The position numbers were made by a program, and so were the translations under genes. From contig NW_024704743.1 of assembly GCF_018977255.1 (NCBI RefSeq), forward strand, positions 105,278,001 through 105,342,000: DNA of 64,000 nucleotides. The letters are read 5' to 3'. Origin of the DNA: Callorhinchus milii (lineage: Eukaryota). This document shows positions 24,330 through 36,770 of the stretch, one piece after another; positions within the stretch are counted from its first letter, which is position 1; every line of letters begins with the position of its first letter. Below the pieces are notes generated by a model that saw only the letters and a program-made list of their open reading frames with translations, ran no database searches and was not told the DNA's origin.

Positions 24330-26508
24330 GATGTGCAGCACAACTTAAACACCCTCTCCTCCACACTTGACACTCTTGCCCCCATCACCTCCTGTACTGT
24401 TTCCTACTCTTGCTCCTCCCCCTGGTTCACCACCCAACTCCGCTCACTGAAGAGCCAGGTGCGGGCCGCTGAACGCACCTGGGTCAAATCTGGCTGGACC
24501 TCCTCAAAATCTACCGCTCCACTCTAGCCTCGGCCAAGTCGTCCTTCTACTCCAGGATAATGCTGGAGGCGAAGGACAACCCCAGGCTACTGTTCTCTAC
24601 CACATCCCAACTCCTCCATCCCCCCGCCACCCCGCGCAGGTCAGCTCCTCCAACCTTCACTGCGAGGAGATGCTGGATTTCCTTGAATCCAAAATCAAGG
24701 GAATTCGCTCCGCGGTCACTTCCCCTCCAACATCCACCCACTCCCCACCCCTTCCCTCCCACACTCCGACTCCTACCCATCCCCCCTACACACTTTCGTA
24801 CCCCTTTCGCCACCCTCTGTCACCAAACTCATCCTATCCCTGAAACCCACCACCTGCTCCCTTGACCCCATCCCCACTCCACTCCTTATCTCCCAGCTCC
24901 ACCTCCTTGCCCCACATATCACAGACATCATCAACCTGTCCCTCTCCTCTGGCTCTATTCCCATTCCCTTAAAAACTGCCACCATCACTCCCACCTTGAA
25001 AAAACCCTCCCTTGATGCGTCGCAGCTATCAAGCTACCGGCCCATCTCCAACCTCCCCTTCCTGTCCAAGGTCCTGGAACGAGTTGTCGCCTCCCAGCTG
25101 CGCTCTTTCCTCTCCAACCATTCATTATTTGAACCCCTTCAGTCGGGTTTCCGTGCTGCCCATAGCACAGAAACTGCCCTGGTCAAGGTCACCAATGACA
25201 TCCTGACCATCTGTGACCAGGGCTCCCTCTGCCTCCTCGTCCTCCTCGACCTATCGGCAGCATTCGATACGGTCGACCATGCTATCCTCCTCCACCGCTT
25301 GTCCTCCCACCTAAACCTTCAAGGCCCTGTCCTTGAGTGGTTTAGGTTGTACCTCTCCCACTGTCTTCACTTTGTCTCCACGAATGGCTTCTCCTCCACC
25401 CTCCGCACTGTCTCGTGCGGCGTCCCTCAAGGCTCTGTCCTCGGTCCCCTCCTCTTCACCCTCTATATGCTCCCCCTGTGGTGACATCATCCGCAGACAT
25501 GGGGTTAACTTCCACATGTATGCGGATGACACCCAACTCTACCTTTCCTCCTCTACCCTCAACTCCACGACCACCGATGTCCTGACAGCCTGCCTGTCCG
25601 ACATCAAGTCCTGGACGAGAGATAACTTTCTTCAGCTCAACGCGCGCAAAACTGAGACCCTCCTGATTGGCTCACGTCAGCGCCTCCGCACCTCAGGCGC
25701 TGACAGCATCAGCATCCAAGGCTGCACTCTCCACCTCTCAAAGCCATCAGGAACCTCGGGTTCTGTTCGACCCTGAGCTGTCCTTTCTCCCTCATATCTG
25801 CGCCACAACTGGCACCGCCTTCCATCACCTCCGGAATGTCGCCAGACTATGGCACTACCTCACCCCTCACGCTGCTGAAGCTCTGGTCCACGCCTTTTTT
25901 CACCTCAAGGCTGGACTATGGGAACTCTCTCCTCGCCGGCCTTCCCGGCACCTCCCTCCACAAGCTGCAGGTCATTCAGAACTCTGCAGCTCGTGTACTG
26001 TCCCGCACCAGGCTTCGGGACCACATCACTCCCACCCTCGCTCGCCTCCACTGGCTCCCCATCCCCCAGAGGATCGAATTCAAGATCCTCACCTACAAGG
26101 CCATTCACGGCCTCGCTCCCTCCTACCTCTCCGACCTACTATCCCCCTACCTACCTGCCCGTACCCTCCGTTCCTCTGGCTCCGGTCTGCTCCACATCCC
26201 CCGCCCCAACCACCCTACCATCGGTGGCCGGGCCTTCAGCCTCTCAGCCCCTAGGCTCTGGAACTCCATCCCCCAGTGCCTTCGCCTTGCTTCCTCCCTT
26301 TCCTCCTTCAAGGCCGGTCTCAAGACCTTTCTCTTTGACCGTGCCTTCAGCTCCCCTCTCGACTCTCTACCCCCTCCTCGCTCCCTCCCTTCCCTCCCCT
26401 CACCCTGACCATTTCCCCCATGCTCGGGTCCTGACCCATCTGCACAGCGCCTTGGGACGTCCTCCCGACGTGAAAGGCGCTCAATAAATGGAATGTTGTT
26501 GTTGTTGT
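24330..26508 (+). mobile_element. Longest L2 LINE in the window; 5'-truncated, with frameshifted RT
   Basis: [67 protein letters not shown]; 3' stem-loop and (GTT)n tail. Confidence 0.95.
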
Positions 26509-27029
26509 TTTAAACAGCTTGCACAGTTAATTAGATAATTAGGTACAGCAAAGAGTAAATGGTGTTGGTTGCCGTTAGAAACTGAACAGATGGTAATGCA
26601 ATTAACACCTCAATTTAAATCCTGGAAGAGTTGCGTGAGGCATTCGCCAGTCTATCATCAGCGTCCACTAAAAGGAATCTCTATGAATAATTTATGTTGC
26701 ATTTTTATTGTGAAATTTATTTAATTTTTTTTAGACTGCCTTTTTTTGTTCCTGCAATGCTTATCCTTAAGGGTAGGAGGAAAACACATGAGCAGCATAC
26801 CTGGCAAGGTTGAATTTAATCCTGTAAACAAGTGTAAGGTATAAAATAAAATCTAATTGACAGAAGATTTGTTGACAAAGAAAAATCATCCAGTGTAAAT
26901 ACTGTGATTCTCATTTTTTAAAAAATTGAATAACCATCCTTACATTTGATAATAGAGTCTTGCCACGTTAAAATGTCTCAAATGGCTTCACAGGATTTGA
27001 TTTTAAAGTGTAAAGTCTCTTTAAAATCT

Positions 27030-27170
27030 GGGAATTTGTAGGGTAGTTGGCTGCCATGTTCACCCACAAAATACACACATCCACATCACTTCACAGTATA
27101 GTCTGTGAAGTGCTTTGAGACATCTTGACCACATGATAAGGAGCTATATCAAATGCAAGGATTATTATTT
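27030..27170 (+). mobile_element. SINE 3' fragment
   Basis: ttggctgccatg...tatcaaatgcaaggattattat. Confidence 0.75.
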
Positions 27171-27519
27171 TTTCATAAAACTGTTTTGAAAACTAAAAGC
27201 TCAATCATTCATAGAGGAAGGAACAACAAGCGGGATGGTTCCCTGGTATTGCCAAAGAAATAACTTACATCATGCATTAAAATTAAAAATCTTTTTGCTT
27301 TTCATATTGCCATTATTAACAATTGAATGCAAGGTTCAAGTATCTCACAATCCTCTCTCCATATCTAAGTCAGAATATTTGAAAATAGGAGTTTGAAATA
27401 ATTCAATGCAAGTCATCACAATAATGGTTAGATTTCTGTGATTTTCCTCTATTTAATAATACTATACATTTAACCATTCATAATACAGTATATTTACTTC
27501 TCAATAAATAACTTCTCAC

Positions 27520-27647
27520 CTGGCTTAAGATCCAATGCCCCCAATGACTCTGAATGCAGGAAGTAAAGGGTTGGGCCAACAGTAAATAGAACATAGTTAT
27601 CATGTCGTTCATCCAGAATAATGAGGACCAAATCCCCAACTTGGAAA
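27520..27647 (-). CDS. RB1CC1: RB1CC1 Claw-domain exon FQVGDLVLIILDERHDNYVLFTVGPTLYFLHSESLGALDLKP
   Basis: Hand translation; ttttctag acceptor, gtgaga donor; 128 bp. Confidence 0.95.
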
Positions 27648-28626
27648 CTAGAAAAGAAAGCAGAATGTTAATTCAACCCATATTAAACATGGGTATAAAC
27701 AAGTATTCAATCATACACACCTGTTACCTATCAAGTCCAGGAGGAAACTTTCCCAACCGAATTAATTTTATATACAGTATTGAGTTTGGTGTCCTAATGA
27801 GTAAGGACATTTTAGGAACTATGCCACTGTTAAGTTAAAGCTGCTAAAAAAACTTTTTTAAAAATCACTAGAACTAAATGGATATAATTATAATAGTTAC
27901 CCATTCTCTCTAAAGTGTTTAACATCAGACAGGAACACAATGACTGAATCACTCTGAGAAGGCAGAAAAATCATGCATTACTAGATTTCAGTTTGAATCA
28001 ATAACTATTTGTGATTAACTGTGATGTTGCTGCACAAGCACCTTAAAGATATGGTATCAGTTCCCTTTACTTGTATTCATAAATAATATCCATTACTGAT
28101 CTGGGGCTATAAGCAACAGGCAGAAGAATGCAAATCAAAATTAAAATTTGTATCTACTCAGTGATGATTTAACAGTATCCATAATTTGTCATATACCAAA
28201 TTGCAGTGCTCTTAAATGTTGAGATATAACTTTAATACAATTTGCTTGCTTCCTTATGCACCATCATGCAAACAAAGTAGGAAGAATACACTGTGCTGTA
28301 CTAAATCTGAAGTAAGTACTATTCAAGCCCACTAAAAGGATCTCTTGATTTGAAAAGTCGAGTTTCTGTAGCAAATTAAAGTAGTAAATGCTAATTTAGG
28401 GGAAGGAAAATTCCTGAAGAGCTTGTTTATCATCAATGGCATTGAAAATTCACCTTTTCCCCCCCAAAGTGGACCACTCCATCTAGAGGCTGACATGAGA
28501 AATAATCAAACTGGGTTGCTAGAAAGGGATGTAAATCTCTGAACTTCTGGTTCTGAGGCAGGCACTTAGCCCCTGTGATCCTGCAAAGCCCTGCTTACTC
28601 CATTCAGCCAGATTTAAAAAAATCAT

Positions 28627-28842
28627 AAGGCAAAATACTCCTGATGCTGGAAATCTGAAATAAAAACAGAAATCCCTGGGAATACTCAGCGGGGAGAGAG
28701 GAAAGTGAATTACCGTTTCAGGTCGATGACCTTTTACCATCAACCTGACGAAAGGTCATTGACCAAAAACGTTAACTTACTTTCCTCTTTCCATAGACGC
28801 TGCCTAACCTGCTGAGTATTCCCAGCAACTTTTGTTTTTATA
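28627..28842. mobile_element. Palindromic Penelope-type terminal repeat with hammerhead-like cores
   Basis: Arms 28657-28735 and 28750-28842 are reverse complements; CTGACGA-GGTC/GACC-AAAAC motif. The family assignment is from recall. Confidence 0.6.
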
Positions 28843-29299
28843 TTAGAAAAACATTACTTCTACCAGGTAATCCAAACCAAGATTTTAAACTTGTTTGTAA
28901 ACACTTATTTCCTAAGCTTCAACTTTAATTTTAAAAGTTAAAATGGCTGCAGGAGGGAGGGCACCAGTCTTCACTGACCTGTCGCTGAGCACCCTACAGG
29001 TGGCTTTACAGGGCACGTCGATTTGCCAAGACTCTTCACATAAGGATCCGGATTCAGCAGCTGGTGCTGAATAGGCTTGGTATGCAGAATTTGGACTTGG
29101 ACCTTGAACATCAAAGTGGCTGACATGCCACAAATTGTCCTCTAAAGGACTCCTGCCATGCTGAAAACTTATGAAGAAACTGAGGCTTGGGGCAAGAGCT
29201 GCTGGTAGGGGTTACCTTGGAGTCTGGGCTTGTGAACACACATTGCTGAATGGAAAGTGATTGTGTCGCAGTTGTGGGCAGGAAGATGGTGACAATGCT

Positions 29300-29650
29300 C
29301 TCACGTATTTCATGCTGAGCTGTGTTGCCCACCTGAAAGCTCACAGCAAGTTCCTTTATTTCAAGATCCTCACACTCATCTTCAAATTCCTTCATGCCCT
29401 GGCACCTCCCTACTTCTCTGACCTGCCAAACCATTACCAGCTGCCTCCGCTCGATTAACTCCGGCCTCCTACTTGTCCCTCATGCTCTTCATTCCAGCAT
29501 CAGTAGCTGTGCTTTCAGCCACTATGCCCCGAAACTCTGGAACACTCTTCCTCTATCCCTCCGCCTTGCCCCCTCCTTCCCCATCTTTAGATCGTGCCTG
29601 AAGACCTTGACCTCTTTGACTGTGCCTAAGGTCATCTTCCCCAGTGTGAC
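29300..29650 (+). mobile_element. L2 3' fragment
   Basis: FKILTLIFKFLHALAPPYFSDL; AFSHYAPKLWNTLP. Confidence 0.8.
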
Positions 29651-29671
29651 TATCCCAAACTACCATATTAA

Positions 29672-30026
29672 CGAGGTCTCTTTGGAGCTGAAATGGCTCC
29701 AAAGTGACATGCTTGGCAATGGATAGTCAGAATCGAGCTAGCCCTCTGTGGTGGTCTCGGTGGTCCAATTCCCCAGTAAGGCGGGTCCACAGTATTCCAG
29801 GGCACTGCTGATGGCAGCCCAGCCAACCTGGCTTATGTGGCAGGACTTGGAAAGATAGATCAGACACTGAGGGAAGGGATTCATCTCACTCAACTCCTAT
29901 GAATTCTACAAGCCAAAGCCCTAATGGGTAGGGTGGTCGTAGCTGGATAAACAGAAGGAAAGCGTGCCAGATAGTGCTTTCAATGGCAAACTATGTGGTT
30001 TCAACTGGTTAGATTCCAGGAGTACC
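29672..30026. repeat. Unidentified old dispersed repeat, copy 3
   Basis: Colinear with 7186-7850 and 11172-11722. Confidence 0.6.
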
Positions 30027-30625
30027 ATAATGCACATTTAGCGTTTGCCAGCCTGCGCTCAACTCTTCAAAATGTTTTTTTTAAATCAGCTGTTATGTCA
30101 CAATCTTTCACTTAACATACGTAATTCTTAACATGACATTTCAACAGTATAGATGCTCATGTCAACTTTTACTTGTGAAGTCCTGATATAAACACACAAC
30201 AAAAATACACGCAGAAAACATAATGAGCCCATTATGTGCACAGGCATCAGGCACCGTGGGGGAAAATACACCAGTTTGAGGTACAAGGGCAAAAGGCATG
30301 TGTATTAGGTGTTGTGTGGAAACCCAGGTGGATTAAAGGCCATCTCGAAATGCACATGTATCATGGATTGTGTGGAAATGCACGTGTATTAGGGGTCCTG
30401 TGGATATGTATGTGTATTAAGGCCATGTGCAAATGCATGTGAGCATACAAAATTATAGCTCTATTATATAATTATCAAATCAAAGAAAAAGATTGGCCAG
30501 TTAAATGGTTAACTATCGAATTAAGGGCACCGGGAATTGACATTGTACATATGACGCATATATAGATTGTGAATCCATTAATTATAAAAGTACTTTTATG
30601 TTTAGTAACAAAGAAAAATACTTAC

Positions 30626-30684
30626 TCTCTAATGGCTATTTTGTCAGAATGCCTGGAGGACACAGATGACATACTCTGAGACAT
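30626..30684 (-). CDS. RB1CC1: RB1CC1 coding exon MSQSMSSVSSRHSDKIAIR(D), start of the Claw domain
   Basis: End of ORF 30622..31002; ttttcag acceptor, gtaagt donor; 59 bp. Confidence 0.95.
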
Positions 30685-31049
30685 CTGAAAAATTAAATTT
30701 AGTGCAATCAACCACAAAAGAAACATTTCATTGAATAATTTCTGAAAAACAAAAAATACGCTTTTAGCAATTAAACACACATTAAACAAAATAAGCAATG
30801 TTAATTGGCTGCAATATAATCCTGTGTTTGTGGGTTCAAAATTTGAGCTACAGGATGAAGAGAGAACATGAGCGACTGAAGTCATTAAATGTGCACCATG
30901 ACTATTCATTCTACAAGATAAAATATACAAGGGTTGACATGGAGATTTTCCTGCATCTCTAGATAAGAGGGACACAAACAAATGTTGGCAGTGCCGCAAC
31001 AATTCTTCCCCATACCCCTCACACCATCACTTACCTCCTCTCTCAATGC

Positions 31050-31200
31050 AGAATTCTAAAGGATAGAGGGATTAAAGGATATGGGGATAGGGCAGGTAAA
31101 TTGAATTAGGTTAGAAGGTCAGCCAAGATATTATTAAATGGCAGGGCAGGCTCGAGGAGCCAAATGGCCTACTCCTCCTCCTACATCTTATGGTCTTAGG
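31050..31200 (+). mobile_element. CR1 LINE 3' tail
   Basis: ggatatggggatagggcagg...gggcaggctcgaggagccaaatggcctactcct. Confidence 0.7.
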
Positions 31201-31205
31201 ATTAA

Positions 31206-31370
31206 AATAATACTTGCATTTGATATAGCACCTTATCACATCTTGAAGACGTTTCAAAGCGCTTCACAGAATATACCGTAAAGTGAATTGACTGTATATT
31301 TTGTGGGTAAAACAACTGTGCACAGCAGTGTCCCACAAACAGTAGAGTGACCAAATTATTATATTTTCTT
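31206..31370 (-). mobile_element. SINE 3' part
   Basis: Tail and body match the family. Confidence 0.8.
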
Positions 31371-31725
31371 AAAGAATGGTTGTTGGTGAGTATACAGAAG
31401 CAGAACTATGAAATAACTGGATCTGACTGATCTGACTATCCAAATTTGTTTTCCTATTCTACTTTGTTTTTTTAAAAAAGATACGTTTAAAAATATAAAA
31501 ACTAAAAGCAAACATATTCTGGATGTAAATGATGATGCAGAATGAGGCTATAGAACATGCAATACTAACAGAGAATGCGCTAAACAAATGATTTACTGTA
31601 GTATTTATTCTGAAACTATCAAGCTGACAATGACGAGCATCAGTTTTGGAACAAACAAAATATATTTTAACTGAACCAGTGTGGTTCAGGTATGTAAATC
31701 AGAAATGTACCAATCCAATACTTAC

Positions 31726-31773
31726 CAATCTTTGATTTAAACGTTTATTCTCCTCTTCTTTCATTTGTAATGT
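31726..31773 (-). CDS. RB1CC1: RB1CC1 coding exon TLQMKEEENKRLNQRL
   Basis: Hand translation; cctag acceptor, gtaagt donor; 48 bp. Confidence 0.94.
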
Positions 31774-34688
31774 CTAGGAGGAAAAAAAACATATGCTAAA
31801 ACAATAACATCAGATGGCTGATACCATCAAGTAGGAATAAATACTTGAAAATAGCTATATAGACACACTTCATTAGGAAAGTGACAAGTCATGACTTGTT
31901 GCTAAATAGGAAAGATCTGATCTAGTCAGAAACCAAAAGTTAGAAGTACAATAAAAGGAGAAATATCAATCAAAATAAACATTGGAAACATTTTAAATTA
32001 TTGTCTTGAATAAATCTTTAGTACACTTCACATTTGAACATAATACCTTCAGTACTTCAATACGGTCAAACAGCTTTCCCAGGCTGCAATTCCCCAATCA
32101 GTTTTTAGAGGGAATACCAATTATTTGGGGGCAATTTTCTCCACTTTTCCTTTCCTTGATTGCCTGCTGGTAAATGGTGTCAATGAGCTCCATGCACCCT
32201 TAAATTATCTTACCCATGTTGTGGTTTATCATGTGAGAACCTAGACAGTGAATATTGGCAACCTGTACAACTATGGACATGAATCATAGACAAGGCCAAT
32301 TCTGCATGTATTCAACATCCATTTCCAGCAAGATCGCTGGACAATCAGAACTCTGACTATCTTCTCTCTGCTGTAGGTCAATTGAGGTCAGTAAATGTTC
32401 CAACTAAATTATGATCTTTTGGTCCATAAAGCCAGTGCTTCATCAAGTAGTGTCTTTTCATACTAAAACATCAGGTAAAATCTTAAATATCATTCAATTG
32501 AAAAACATGAAAACTGCATATTCACAATCTAAATTATTTACATTCTGAACATACACACATGGTATCCGTTTAAAAATACTTTTACAGTGTACAATATATT
32601 TCAATTGATTGAAGTCATTACTCAAAAGTGGACAAGTATGAACAGAGGCTGCGGTTAGAGTGGTTTTAGCCCCCTCCCCACCACCCCAACCCTTCTCCAG
32701 TTTTGGCTAATAGGATGTTGCGGCTGGACAGTGGTGCTACTTTCTGTGTTGTATAACAGGATATGAAGTAAAGTGAGTGCAACAGTCAATGAGTTGAATG
32801 AAGGGAGGTTGGATCCAGTGCCGGGACACATACATGCACTTCATAGTCTTCAGCAAAGTATGGTTAGAATGCACGAGGAGCCTGCCAAAGAATACTTTCA
32901 CCTGTTGCTTAGGAGTATGACTGCATTAATTTTCAACCATGAGTTGAGTGAGAAACATCCATCTAATAGAGCTGGAAACAAACCATTCTCAAATATACTG
33001 AGCTATACCATTGGCATTTATGCACAAAATTATAAATGTACAGATAAATAATCTCCAATGTGAGGTTGTCAATATGTACTGTGAATGTCATTTATGATGT
33101 TTAGGCAAAAAAAGTATTAAGGTAATATCAAATCTTAGAAGTTTAATTATTACCATTTGTGCAATAAACACATATGTCTAGCAGTGTATATATATTGAAA
33201 TACAGCTTTCAACATTGTGTATATACAATACTGAACAAATCCTCTTCCATTCTTCCCAATCTATTCTTAAAACAGCTTCAGAAAGCATCTTTTCTGCATC
33301 AGTAAAATACACTTATCATTCACACAGGTGGCCTGAATGAAAATGATAACATAGCCCTAATAATGCCAAACATGAACAAGTCTAATGTATATTCGTGCCC
33401 ATTAAGAAGCTGGTTGAAAGTGTCCAAGTTTATTTCACTAAAGCAGCTTAGGAGACTTTCATCCCACGTCTTGGCTTGGTTCAAATTCAGGTCACAGAGG
33501 TGAAAAGGTAATATTTTAACCCAATTGTCACCTAGTTATTCCCTTTTTAAATTAAATGTAGTTTCTCCTGGGAACTGGTCATTGATAAAAAGGTTAAAAT
33601 CTAATTAACAGTCTTTAAACAATTCCACATATTGTGATGACATTTTTCCTCCTCCAATGCCTCTACCAAGTGCTGATAACGTTATGTTAAGAGTAAGGAG
33701 CAATAACTAAAATGATACAATTTTTAAAACGCATTGTAATGATTGTTGTGGAACAAGTAGTTAAAACCAGCCATTAATTGTGAAGAAAACAAAGAGCCCA
33801 GCAAAAAATCAGGTAACCTGTGTCACAAGGACACCTGTAGCAAGGGATCTCAATTGTCTTAGGCGCTTCTCTCCAGACTACACCATCTCAGGACTGCCTC
33901 TTACTCCGCTAGATTACTCCCAATCCCATGGGTTTCCCTTCTTCAGGGAGCCTTGATTATCTCACTGGGAGAGCAATGTTCCAGTCATTTGGAAGCATCG
34001 TGCTAAAGGCCTAATTGACTTTCACTATGAACAGAGAGAACTATAGGCCTGTACTGTCAACCCCCAGATTGTCTGCCTGCCTCCCAGCCTGAGCCGACTC
34101 TACTCCGGGGTGTGAGAATTCAGCGGTGTTCCCCCTCACAGCCTGGTCTCCTGGTTTCCTAAAGAAATATTTAATAAGTTGTGCCAGTGTTAAGCACTCT
34201 GAGAATCTATAATTTACCCACATAAAGGATGCTATTCATGAAGGTTTTTGGTGAATAGTTTGCTATAGCTGCTTTCCCATTTACTTGTATAGACCTGCTC
34301 TCTGGTGTTTACACGTTTTTGTTCAATACGACAATTACCAGAACAAGTGGTGCTGTCTTGCACTAACGGTTTGAGTCCTTGAGTGCAAAGTACATTTTAG
34401 CAGACTCTGGTCAGATACAATGAGTCAGAAATCGGAATTTCTAAATTGTAAACATTAAATATTTCTTATAAGTGTGCCGTAACTACCAGATTATGTACTA
34501 AAAATAAGAATGACTTATAAAACAGAATAGCTGAATAATTCAGTGAGTTCTATTGAGTTTATGAATCACAAAACAAAAATTTGGGTGATCTATGCAACCC
34601 GTGCATCAATCGATTCTGGCATTGTCTTTTGAATGCATCTACATCACAAGATCTCCTGCAGAATCACATCCATATATAGGTTACTTAC

Positions 34689-34740
34689 CCTTTCTAAAAC
34701 CATAATCCTATGTTTCTCCTCAGACATGTGAATGGTTTCA
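34689..34740 (-). CDS. RB1CC1: RB1CC1 coding exon ETIHMSEEKHRIMVLER
   Basis: Lies in ORF 34644..34847; tacag acceptor, gtaagt donor; 52 bp. Confidence 0.92.
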
Positions 34741-35199
34741 CTGTAACAGAACATAGTTTTGATTAAACATTGAGACATAGTACTTAATGCATACATATAA
34801 ATGATCAAGTTTAACACAATATAATTTAACATGGTTAGTGAGCTCACTTTTGCTAAACCAATTCTAAGAGCTCTAAATAATCAATCAGAAGTAGATTGTG
34901 AACTAGAGTAACTATCTAAGGAAATAGTATTCCAGTCAAACTCCCTAACTGCACTAAACTAAGAAAAACACAAGATCTTGAGGATGTTAATACTGATTCA
35001 AAGTCTGGAATTTAATCGGGTGGAGATGAACTCACTAAAACAGCTTTCTCATCCTGGAATGGCACAGGTGTGAATTCAAAGGCAGCGGCTGAAATTGAAC
35101 ATTAAGTTTTACTGAAAACACTGGGGTATCAAAGAAGAATCAATCGAGGACAGTCGATTCAAAGGGTTTTGAAATAGGTTACGTCGTCCACCTACTTCC

Positions 35200-36770
35200 C
35201 TGCAACCACCCTCCTACCACCACACCCAGTTTCTGACCACCAAGCTTCCCTCTTCTGTCCCCTGCTGGCTGATACAGTGTCCCTCTCTTCCAGCACTGTG
35301 CCACCCTCTCAAAAATGCAGTCATCATCTGCCTTCAAACAACAAGAAGATTACATTTATATAGTACCTTTCACGTCGGGAGGATGTTAAAAAATACCACC
35401 CTTTGATCCTTCAAATTTTGGCAACTACCAGCCCATCTCAAATTTGCCCTTCATCTCTAAAGTCCCAGAATGTGTTATTGTCACTCAACTTCACTCACAC
35501 TTTTCCCTCCATTTCCCATTCAAGACCTTCCAGTATAGTTTCTGTCAGGCCCAAAGCACTGAGCCAGCCCTTGTCAATGTCATCAATGATATCCTCTCTC
35601 TTTCTCTCTCTCTGTGACCAGGGCTCCTTCTTTCTCCTTATCATCCTGGACCTTTCCGCTGAACGTTCGATACAGTTGATCATGCTCAACAACAACTTGG
35701 ATTTATATAGCGCCCTCCACGCTGGACGGCGTCTCAGAGCTCTTTACAGTAACTGATCCCAGGACCGAGCCAGGGGGAGGGGGAGGAAGGTGACGAAAGG
35801 CGCGGTCGAAAAGAAAGTCTTCAGCGGAGACCTGAAAATGGGAAGGGAGGGAGCGAGACGAAGGGAGTGAGGAAGGCAGTTCCAGAGCCTCGGGGCACAG
35901 TGGTTGAAGGCACGGCCGCCGAGGGTGGAGTGGAGGACTCGGGGGATGCCAGACCCCATGGAACGAAGGCAACGGGTACTATTTTGAGGAGAGAGGAGGT
36001 CAGAGAGGTAGGGGGGTGCTGAGGAGTGCAAGGACTTGAATACAAGGGTGAGGATCTTGAAATTGATCCTCTCTGGGATAGGCAGCCAGTGCAGTCTGGC
36101 AAGAACTGGGGTGATCGGGGAGCGGAGTTTCGTGCGGGTGAGAATGCGGGTGAGTTTTGAATGATTTGGACTTTATGGATGGTAGTGGATGGGAGACCGG
36201 TGAGGAGGGCTTTGTCAGTCTTCAGATCACACCTGAAGACCTTCCTCTTCAACTATGCCTAATCACCTCCTATCTCTCCGTAACTTGGGAACAAATGCTC
36301 TCCTCCTAAACTGCTTCTCCTCTACCTTAGCAGGACCGTAATCTCCAGGTTTGAGTCCCACTTTACACACCGCCATCATTTAGTTTCTGCAAATAGTTTC
36401 TCCTCATACCCCCGCACCGACGGAATATCCCAAGGCTCTAGCCTTGATCTCTTTTTCCTCATTTATATGCTCCTTCCCGGCGATATTATCTGCAGACATG
36501 GAGTCAACTTTGACTTGTATGCAGATGACACCCAAATCTACTTTTCCTCCACTAGCTGCACTCCAGGTCCAATATTCTGTCAGACATCAAAGCCTGAATA
36601 AGCGCCAACTTTCTGCCTCAAACCCTTCACCTTGCCAGTCTTCAGATCACACCTGAAGACCTTCCTCCTCAACTATGCCTAGTCACCTCCTATCTCTCTG
36701 TAACTTGAGAACAAATTAACAGCTCCAAGGTGCTACCCCATGTGAAGGGAGCTATATAAATGCAAGTTGT
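35200..36770 (+). mobile_element. Old L2 (+) disrupted by nested insertions and a duplication
   Basis: LCDQGSFFLLIILDLSA, YADDTQ (tatgcagatgacacccaa), tail at about 36730-36770. Confidence 0.65.
35688..36215 (-). mobile_element. L2 3' end, second subfamily, nested in the older L2
   Basis: Similar to 9620-10288; aacaacaac tail at 35688. Confidence 0.88.

Noticed and set aside
24996..26408. Reverse-transcriptase ORFs as a functional gene or novel RT system
   Set aside because: Frameshifted, 5'-truncated L2 ORF2 with a standard tail.
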